A stretch of 37,471 nt of DNA from a virus (Duplodnaviria > Caudoviricetes): IMG/VR virus record IMGVR_UViG_3300044878_000093, positions 1 to 37,471 of that record; one strand, 5' to 3'. A program made the translations under genes and the position numbers. Each line of letters opens with the position of its first letter. The stretch's first letter is position 1. The notes under the pieces were generated by a model. It saw nothing but the letters and a program-made list of their open reading frames with translations, searched no databases and had not been told where the DNA came from. This document shows, one piece after another, positions 26,258 through 33,286 of this stretch.

Positions 26258-26536
26258 ATAGCTGCTGCTTTTGTATAGCGGATTTAAAAGATTCACCTGA
26301 TAAGACAAAAAGAACTAAATTCTACATAAAGTCTTATCTCCAAACGCTGACTTCTCTCCTCCTCTTCCTGTCAGCACTTAAGAGTATCTGCCTCTCTCCT
26401 CAGATATCTCTATTGACCTTGATAGCGTGTAACGTACCTCTCCTTACGGTATAGGCTTAGTACAGGGTCATTTCTTAAAATCTATCCTTACTTCTTAGTA
26501 TATTGCAGGTTGTCCTGTTGATAGATTTTAAGAAAT
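26258..26536 (+). ncRNA. putative sRNA / structured leader with three CU-rich (anti-SD) loops
   Basis: hairpins at 26346-26375, 26381-26411, 26414-26470 each expose CUCUCC(U); 17-bp perfect IR 26470-26486/26520-26536. Confidence 0.55.
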
Positions 26537-26559
26537 TCAACTTATTCGGGTAAAATGTT

Positions 26560-26985
26560 ATGGCTACTAAAAAAGAACAGAGTGACGCTGCTAAGGCAAC
26601 ACGTTTCGATGGTGAAAAATCAAACCGTAACGTTCGGGGAAATAGTAAGGTCCGTATCAATAAATCTAAAATCAGCAAGCTTTTAGACCAGTTGATGGAA
26701 CGTAAGGAGTTGGCATTTGAAATCATTGATGATATTCTTGCTAACAAAGGTGATAGGACTGCCGACCAGAAATCTACAGCCCAATGGATCGTAAATAGCA
26801 TTGTTTCGGTTTCAAAAGCTTGTACTGCTGAAGAGCTTGGTAGTTTTAATGCTAGATTGAAAGGTAAGCGTGATCCCGAGGAACCAGAGGAACAAACACC
26901 AGCTGAGATAGCCAAGGAATTTAAGCCTCGTTTGGTTCTGACTTATAAAGATCCAAATGCTGTTCCTGATGAAGATGATGAATAA
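26560..26985 (+). CDS. putative terminase small subunit
   Basis: basic N-terminus (ATRFDG..N..GN), helical core, size and position ahead of packaging genes; no diagnostic motif. Confidence 0.45.
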   Translation: MATKKEQSDAAKATRFDGEKSNRNVRGNSKVRINKSKISKLLDQLMERKELAFEIIDDILANKGDRTADQKSTAQWIVNSIVSVSKACTAEELGSFNARLKGKRDPEEPEEQTPAEIAKEFKPRLVLTYKDPNAVPDEDDE

Positions 26986-27000
26986 AAGAATTTCTGAGCT

Positions 27001-27284
27001 GCCTAGTTCGGAAACCCGTGGTTTCTGGCGGAACCACAAAAGCGTGATCGCTGCTTAAGCATCAATTCCGAGCACTTAGGTGTTTCGTCTGTGGAGAAGC
27101 TGAACAATTTTGTGTTCAGAGAGTTATTAGGTCATGGTAGAGTGGACGCTAATACAATTATTTATAGGCCGCTGCAACGGTCTTTAAAAACATGCAACAG
27201 TAAGACTCTTTTAGCAAGTTTCTCAGTGATGGGTTATTTGCATGTCCCTGTTGCAGCATTGGGTGACTTGACTAAAAGGGTTTT
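27001..27284 (+). promoter_or_regulatory. structured RNA leader of HNH gene, RBS in stem
   Basis: multiple hairpins; AAGACTCTTTTAG (27202-27214) pairs with CTAAAAGGGTTTT (27272-27284). Confidence 0.55.
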
Positions 27285-27289
27285 ATTAA

Positions 27290-28030
27290 ATGAGTAATAA
27301 AGAGAAATACCTAGGAAAGATTCTAGAAACAAAGAGCTTTGGTAAGTATAAAGTTATTGAATACTTAGCTTGGGATAACATTACAGTGAAGTTTCTTCAA
27401 ACTGGATATGTTACAAAAACCAGACAACAGCATATTACAGATGGTGTCATTAAAGACTATTTATATCCATCTGTTTATGGTGTCGGTTACTATGGAAGTC
27501 CTAGTGCAAATACAACAGGCCGAGCAGCCTTTATTTGGCGAAGTGTCATGCAGCGTTGCTATGAAGAGGAAGGTAGAATTGAGCCTGCCTATTACGAAGT
27601 AAATGTATGTACGTCATGGCACAATTTCCTAGTATTTGAAGAGTGGGTAGTAAAACAACCCGGATTTGATACGAAAGGATGGGAATTAGATAAAGACCTC
27701 CTTATTAAGGGCAATAAGCTGTATTCACCAGACACTTGCGTTTACTTACCTAAGGCTGTCAATGCAGCACTAACTAAGCGGCACAACCACCGTGGAAAAT
27801 ACCCTATAGGCGTTCAGCCAAGTAAGTCTGGGAAAAGATTCGAGGCTTGGTGTGGTGATGGAGAGCGTAGCAGATACTTGGGCGTATTTGGTACACCAAT
27901 AGAAGCTTTTCTTTGCTATAAGGCTAAAAAAGAAGAGATGTTGAGGAGTTTGGCTGAAAAATACAAAGACGAATTAGACCCTCGTGCATATCAAGCTCTT
28001 ATGAATTACCAAGTAGAAATTACTGATTAG
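27290..28030 (+). CDS. free-standing HNH-type homing endonuclease
   Basis: YGVGY, W..V.QRCY, W.NF..F..W, WELDKDLLIKGNKLYSPDTCVYLP..VN, YLGVF.TP.EAF. Confidence 0.85.
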   Translation: MSNKEKYLGKILETKSFGKYKVIEYLAWDNITVKFLQTGYVTKTRQQHITDGVIKDYLYPSVYGVGYYGSPSANTTGRAAFIWRSVMQRCYEEEGRIEPAYYEVNVCTSWHNFLVFEEWVVKQPGFDTKGWELDKDLLIKGNKLYSPDTCVYLPKAVNAALTKRHNHRGKYPIGVQPSKSGKRFEAWCGDGERSRYLGVFGTPIEAFLCYKAKKEEMLRSLAEKYKDELDPRAYQALMNYQVEITD

Positions 28031-28038
28031 GATATGTT

Positions 28039-28061
28039 GCCCTGTTTTATGCAGGGCTTTT
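28039..28061 (+). terminator. intrinsic terminator
   Basis: GCCCTGT-TTTAT-GCAGGGC-TTTT. Confidence 0.65.
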
Positions 28062-28108
28062 GCACACTCCCCTTATTAATAAAAATAACCTCTCAAAGGG
28101 AGAATATA

Positions 28109-28384
28109 GTGGCAACTCTACCAGATACTGTACTTAACAGTACGTCATATATTAACTTGAATACGAGCACTGGTCTTATCACAGGCACTCCACTTGCAAT
28201 TCAAAACAAGGGAACTGCTTTTGTTCGTATTATAATCTCTCCAACACAACCTTCAGCCTCCTCGGTTAATGGTAGTGTAATTGAACCTTTTAAGTTTCTC
28301 TACATTCAAAATGAAACTGATATTGTGTGGGGCAAAGCTACCGAAAATACTGGCACTCCAGTCTCTGTACAACAGATTAATTGA
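28109..28384 (+). CDS. small beta-rich putative virion protein
   Basis: GTG start after GGGAGA; LAIQNKG..VRI...P pattern; precedes fibre gene. Confidence 0.55.
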   Translation: MATLPDTVLNSTSYINLNTSTGLITGTPLAIQNKGTAFVRIIISPTQPSASSVNGSVIEPFKFLYIQNETDIVWGKATENTGTPVSVQQIN

Positions 28385-28394
28385 GGAGATTTGA

Positions 28395-30611
28395 ATGTCC
28401 GTAACAGACGTACTGCCCGGAAAATCACTCAGGCTTGGACCTCCCACAAATGCGTTCAACGACGTAGATCAAGCGACCACGGAAGCAGCCAGAGATGCAT
28501 ATTTTTCTGCAAATCCTTCAAAGCTTGCTGTTTATAATTCAAATACTGATCTTTTAATCCGGCTGAGTTATTTCGTTGGGCCTGAACTTGTAGTTAAATA
28601 TCAAAGCCGTTTTGCAGGAAGTTGGGTAGACGTAACCCCGGTTGTCGAAGGTCCTCCGGGGGAAGTAGCCAGTCTTGAAAACGTTCCTATCGGTGAACTC
28701 CCTTATAAAACTGTATCCGGCACATTTGCCGGATCTAATATGCGTGTTCTAGAGAACGGCTCTATTCTGGCTCCAGTTGGGTTTGGCGTGGAAAGCGGGT
28801 CTGTAACCTTTGGTGATGTTCTCAAGTTATCCGAAGTTGCTGGGTTTCTTGGTATTTCCAACCTACTGAATGATCGTCAATATACAATCGTTGACTTCTA
28901 TACTCCACGTACAGCAGCCTCTTCAGAACCAACAGTATTCCACTTGATTGAAAGCGAATTTGAGTTTGTCTCTCAGGGCGTAGATACAACAAATCTTCCT
29001 GACAACCCTCTGCTTTTTGATTATGTTGTAGTCAATAATGCTCGCACTAATGCTATTAAGTTCCGTACTTATGCAGCGATGACTAACGTTCGAGTTAAGA
29101 TCAGTCAGATTAGTAATGGTGTAGCCTTAAAGTTTTTACCCAATAAAACCAGTTGGGAAAAAGAGATTGACGGTTTGACTTGGGGTATTGGCGATAACAC
29201 CTTTGACTTCACAGACAGTCCTGTAATCCTTTCCTCCGGTGTTCAATTACGTTTTGAAATCCGTGCTGATGTTGTAGCCTTGAAAGGTAATGCTTTAGGT
29301 GTTCCTTACTTTACAGCGACCCTTCAACGCGGTGTTTTTGATAACGTAATCACTGATCGTGTCTACACTGCTACGGATGTCAAGTCTAAGCTAGAAACGC
29401 TTTTAAGCCCCAATAAGCTCAGTAAAACAGCCATTCAAGACGTAGTAAATACAGTGAACGGTGGGTTTGGCGATGTAGTCATTACCACAGGTTCTATTGG
29501 TGCTCAGCCTGTAGATGCGACCCTTACAGCTTTGGCTGGACAAGTTACTGCTACTGACGGCCTAACCTACTCCACTGGTGTGGATACATTTGCACAAACG
29601 GTCCTCACTCCTTTTGCACGTACGATCCTAGACGATACTTCTGCTGCTCAAACTCGTGGTACATTAGGTCTAGGCGACATGGCATTGCAGAATGCTGTGA
29701 ACGTAGCAATCACAGGCGGTAACATCACGGGTATCACCGACCTTGCAATCGTTGATGGTGGTACTGGTGCAAGCGATGCTCCTACAGCTCGTACAAATCT
29801 TGGTTTAGGCACTATCGCCACTCAGAACTCTAATTCTGTTAGCATTACAGGTGGTTCTGTCACAGGCATTACGGATATCACCGTAGCCGATGGTGGTACA
29901 GGAAGTTCTACTGCAAGTGGTGCTCGTACAAACTTAGGTTTGGTTATTGGTACAGATGTTCAAGCTTGGGATAACACCTTACAGCAATTCTCCACCTTCG
30001 GTACTGTAGCAGATCGAATCTTCTACTCTGCTGGCGTAGATGCTTATGGTGAAACTTCTCTGACGACTTATGGTCGTAGCTTGATTGATGATGTTGACGC
30101 TGCTGCTGCAAGGATTACTCTCGGTCTTGGTAGCATGGCTGTACAGAATGGTAATAGTGTTGCCATCACTGGTGGATCAATTACCGGGATTACAGACTTA
30201 GCTGTTGCAGACGGTGGTACAGGGGCTAGTACTGCGTCAGGTGCAAGGACAAACCTTGGTATTACTACTGGTACTTATACTCCTACATTGTTTAATACTA
30301 CAAACGTGGCAGCTTCCACAGCCTTTGTTGCCCAGTATATGCAAGTGGCTGATATGGTGACTGTGAGTGGTCGGGTTGATATTGACCCAACAAACAACAA
30401 CCAACAAACCATTCTTGGTATGTCTCTTCCTGTAGCCTCCAACCTAGCAACAGCAGAACAATGTGCAGGCACTAGTAACTGCTCAACTGTGGCAGGTGCT
30501 TCAGCAGCCATCTTTGGTGATCCAGTTAATGACAGGGCTACGATTGAGTTTGTGGCTGCGTCTAACGCAAACCAAAGCTTCTTTTTCCAATTTATGTACA
30601 GGGTGATTTAA
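28395..30611 (+). CDS. fibre-like virion protein with internal repeats
   Basis: 738 aa, G/T/A-rich; three ~45-aa repeats with ITGG.ITGITD.A..DGGTG.S....ARTNLG; GTYTPTL..VTVSG C-terminal domain. Confidence 0.75.
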   Translation: MSVTDVLPGKSLRLGPPTNAFNDVDQATTEAARDAYFSANPSKLAVYNSNTDLLIRLSYFVGPELVVKYQSRFAGSWVDVTPVVEGPPGEVASLENVPIGELPYKTVSGTFAGSNMRVLENGSILAPVGFGVESGSVTFGDVLKLSEVAGFLGISNLLNDRQYTIVDFYTPRTAASSEPTVFHLIESEFEFVSQGVDTTNLPDNPLLFDYVVVNNARTNAIKFRTYAAMTNVRVKISQISNGVALKFLPNKTSWEKEIDGLTWGIGDNTFDFTDSPVILSSGVQLRFEIRADVVALKGNALGVPYFTATLQRGVFDNVITDRVYTATDVKSKLETLLSPNKLSKTAIQDVVNTVNGGFGDVVITTGSIGAQPVDATLTALAGQVTATDGLTYSTGVDTFAQTVLTPFARTILDDTSAAQTRGTLGLGDMALQNAVNVAITGGNITGITDLAIVDGGTGASDAPTARTNLGLGTIATQNSNSVSITGGSVTGITDITVADGGTGSSTASGARTNLGLVIGTDVQAWDNTLQQFSTFGTVADRIFYSAGVDAYGETSLTTYGRSLIDDVDAAAARITLGLGSMAVQNGNSVAITGGSITGITDLAVADGGTGASTASGARTNLGITTGTYTPTLFNTTNVAASTAFVAQYMQVADMVTVSGRVDIDPTNNNQQTILGMSLPVASNLATAEQCAGTSNCSTVAGASAAIFGDPVNDRATIEFVAASNANQSFFFQFMYRVI

Positions 30612-30612
30612 C

Positions 30613-30957
30613 ATGGCAGCAGAACATCCAGCAGCATTTGTTTGGAGAAATGGTGCTCAGCTAAGATCACCTATTATTTGGATTGTCACAACTACAACCA
30701 CTGGCGGTAATTGGAGCGTAGATTATACAGAGGCAGGCTTTACTAGTGCCCCTGTAGTTACAGCTACCCTTCAACTGCAAGATGCTGATGTCTATGACAG
30801 GGGTTTCGCTAGCACCTCCTCAGCACCAACTGCTACTGCTGCATCAGGATACGCTATCAGGGGGAGCAACCTTGTAGCTTTGGGTAGTACAACACGGACA
30901 GTGCCTGATGGTACGATTGTGCATGTAATGGCAATTGGTGAGACGTTCGATAAGTAA
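30613..30957 (+). CDS. fibre-associated small beta protein
   Basis: F.SAPVV.AT...VMAIG pattern seen in fibre tip domains; 1 nt after fibre stop. Confidence 0.55.
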   Translation: MAAEHPAAFVWRNGAQLRSPIIWIVTTTTTGGNWSVDYTEAGFTSAPVVTATLQLQDADVYDRGFASTSSAPTATAASGYAIRGSNLVALGSTTRTVPDGTIVHVMAIGETFDK

Positions 30958-30964
30958 GTTTATA

Positions 30965-30994
30965 GGTTGCTCTTGAAATATAGAGCAATTTATT
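30965..30994 (+). terminator. possible intrinsic terminator
   Basis: TTGCTCT/AGAGCAA stem then TTTATT. Confidence 0.45.
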
Positions 30995-31014
30995 AAGTTT
31001 ATTTTCAAATAGGG

Positions 31015-31044
31015 TTGACAAACAGCCCTGTGAGTTGATACACT
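31015..31044 (+). promoter_or_regulatory. sigma70-type (early-like) promoter inside packaging module
   Basis: TTGACA-18-TACACT with TG; CA-rich leader like early promoters. Confidence 0.7.
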
Positions 31045-31081
31045 TCTCCCATCAAAGAAACAAACAACGGAGAGAAGAATT

Positions 31082-31420
31082 TTGAACAAGTATAAGCTTC
31101 AAATTACAAGCCAAGATTACTACGGTCATAACTTTATTGACAACATTATCAAGTACGCTGCAAAGGGTGCTGAGCTAGATAAGAAAGAGAGATTCTATAA
31201 TGATTATCCACATGCGTGTGTGATGGTTATTGAGACGGAAGAGTTTCTTAAAAGTGAACCTAGTGTTGATGTTGTGATTGTTAAGGAAGAGTGGACTAAA
31301 GAAGTTTTGCAAGAAATGCGGATTGAAGATCTTCGACCTATTGTCGCTACACGCGGGATTACTGGTCGAGATAAAAATCAGATGATTCGCGAGTTCTTGG
31401 AAGAGAACGAGAAAGTCTAA
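31082..31420 (+). CDS. hypothetical protein, C-terminal SAP/HeH-like helix pair
   Basis: TTG start after GGAGAG; LQEMRIEDLRPIV...GITGRDKNQMI. Confidence 0.6.
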   Translation: MNKYKLQITSQDYYGHNFIDNIIKYAAKGAELDKKERFYNDYPHACVMVIETEEFLKSEPSVDVVIVKEEWTKEVLQEMRIEDLRPIVATRGITGRDKNQMIREFLEENEKV

Positions 31421-31444
31421 AAAAAAACTAAAATGAGGTGTTAT

Positions 31445-32167
31445 ATGAACATCGTGAAACCTTGCTCTAATGCACAGGCTTTGTTCGTAGAAAGTGAAAG
31501 CGATATTACCATTCTTAATGGTGCTGGTGTAGGTAAGAGTTTTGGTAATCTGCTGATTCATCGAGACTGCATTGAAGACCCTAAGTACAGTGGTCTAATT
31601 GCTAAAGCATCAGCAAGAGCTGCTTCGTATACATTTGATGAAGCTGTTGAGTTCTATAAAGATTACGGTATCAAAGCCTTCTCGAAAAACCGAAGAATTT
31701 GTTTTGATTCAGGCGCCCGAATTGATGTTGGAAGCGGCGCTACAGTTAAAGATATAGGATATGCCTATGGAGCACAGTACGATAAAGTTACTGTGGATGA
31801 CGCAAGTATCTTTAAACTAGAAACTATCTTTTATCTTATGACTAGGATCAGAGGTCAGTCTTCTATTCCTAAGCAACTTTATCTGACTTGTAATGCTGAC
31901 GAAGAATCTGAAATTAAACCATTCGTACTTCCTTGGTTAGATGACAAAGGTTATCCCAAAGAAGAGTCAAACGGAAAAGAATATTACTTGTATCGTGATC
32001 CAGAGTTGGGAATTGTTTATACATCTTCTCCTGAGATTCCTTGGCAACGAAGCGTCAAGTTTATTCACGATAAAGCAGATAACAATCCTTATTTGAAAGA
32101 TACCAAATATTTAGAATACCTCTTGAGTTGTAATAAGGTTGACTCGCTTTATTATGGTAAGTGGTAA
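31445..32167 (+). CDS. degenerate ATPase-only paralogue of terminase large subunit
   Basis: collinear with TerL N-terminal domain: NGAGVGKS, GAQYD.VTVDDA, YLMTRIR, TCNAD, NNPYL, LYYGKW; no nuclease domain. Confidence 0.75.
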   Translation: MNIVKPCSNAQALFVESESDITILNGAGVGKSFGNLLIHRDCIEDPKYSGLIAKASARAASYTFDEAVEFYKDYGIKAFSKNRRICFDSGARIDVGSGATVKDIGYAYGAQYDKVTVDDASIFKLETIFYLMTRIRGQSSIPKQLYLTCNADEESEIKPFVLPWLDDKGYPKEESNGKEYYLYRDPELGIVYTSSPEIPWQRSVKFIHDKADNNPYLKDTKYLEYLLSCNKVDSLYYGKW

Positions 32168-32182
32168 AAGTTTATAAAGAGT

Positions 32183-32286
32183 TTGCTGCTTGCAGCAACA
32201 CCGAGGCTCGTCGGGATGACGCCCTCACCTATTCAGGACACGTTGTGAAACGCTCCTATACTCATGTCTTGCCGTGAGGCACACAG
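32183..32286 (+). promoter_or_regulatory. cluster of hairpins with GUGA/GGGAU loops
   Basis: CGTC-GGGAT-GACG, CGTT-GTGA-AACG, TGCC-GTGA-GGCA. Confidence 0.55.
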
Positions 32287-32314
32287 TTATCTTAGTTTAA
32301 TAAGAGACTAAAAC

Positions 32315-33241
32315 ATGAATGAAGTTGAACAAAGAAGTAAAAACACCAAAGATATGACTGGATTTAAGTCTGGTCTTCTTACAGTTGTAGAATGGGCTGG
32401 TTATTTCCAATTGTCTGGTGGATTACGCCATGCACAGTGGAAGTGTTCTTGTGAATGTGGCGGTGAAGTTATTTCACTGGCTACAAACTTGAAGAAACCA
32501 AATCATACAACCTCTTGCGGCTGCGTTAAGAAACAAGTATTAACCAAGCACAGGGAAAGAGTTGAATCCGGCGAATGGATACCAGAGAAACTGGTCGGTT
32601 CAAAGTTTGGTCGCCTTACTGTTATGGAATTCACAAGATGGCATGTTGGTAACGACACTCAAAAGACATCAATGTGGAATTGCTTGTGTGATTGTGGTAA
32701 TGAAAAAGAGATGAGAAGGTCTTATCTTCAATCTACCGAAGTCCCTAGTTGTGGTTGCTATATGTCTGAAGTGTTATCTGAACTTCAAACTAAACATGGG
32801 ATGACAGGTACACCAACACACCAGACTTGGCGAAAGATGAAAGAACGTTGTCTCGCTGAGTACTACGTTGAAAAAGAGTATTACCAAGATCAAGGTATTG
32901 ATATTTATCCGCCTTGGGTTGAATCTTTTGAAAACTTCTATGCTGATATGGGTGAACGCCCTGAAGGTATGACTTTAGACCGAATTGATGGAACTAAAGG
33001 CTACTATCCTGATAACTGCCGATGGGCAGATTTAACGATACAAGCTTATAACCGTAAGAAAGGAACTAATAATACATCCGGTCGCGTAGGAGTTTTTGCG
33101 CTTCCTAATGGTATGTGGAAAGCTGCTATTGGTTATTACAAAGAACTTATTGTAGTTGCAAACAATGTTAGTTTTGAAGCTGCTTGTGAAGCTCGTGAAA
33201 AAGCTGAACTAGAATATTACGGATGGACCAAAGAGCGGTAA
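32315..33241 (+). CDS. HNH-like homing endonuclease with duplicated CxCxCG modules and AP2-like C-terminus
   Basis: W.C.CECG..SCGC twice; HGMTGTPT..W..M..RC; F.NFYADMGERPEG.TLDRID...Y.P.NCRWA; SGRVGV. Confidence 0.85.
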   Translation: MNEVEQRSKNTKDMTGFKSGLLTVVEWAGYFQLSGGLRHAQWKCSCECGGEVISLATNLKKPNHTTSCGCVKKQVLTKHRERVESGEWIPEKLVGSKFGRLTVMEFTRWHVGNDTQKTSMWNCLCDCGNEKEMRRSYLQSTEVPSCGCYMSEVLSELQTKHGMTGTPTHQTWRKMKERCLAEYYVEKEYYQDQGIDIYPPWVESFENFYADMGERPEGMTLDRIDGTKGYYPDNCRWADLTIQAYNRKKGTNNTSGRVGVFALPNGMWKAAIGYYKELIVVANNVSFEAACEAREKAELEYYGWTKER

Positions 33242-33246
33242 ATATT

Positions 33247-33281
33247 AATTCCCTCTAGGTTATAATTATTTAGAGGGAATT
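33247..33281 (+). promoter_or_regulatory. hairpin sequestering TerL RBS, TATAAT in loop
   Basis: AATTCCCTCTA / TAGAGGGAATT; TATAAT at 33261-33266. Confidence 0.65.
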
Positions 33282-33286
33282 TTTAA

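Noticed and set aside
26254-26454. 66-aa ORF over the CU-loop hairpins
   Set aside because: ATG lies between the -10 box and predicted TSS with no RBS; sequence is better explained by RNA structure.
27091-27297. 68-aa ORF upstream of HNH
   Set aside because: No RBS before the GTG and it coincides with the structured leader; a leader peptide cannot be fully excluded.
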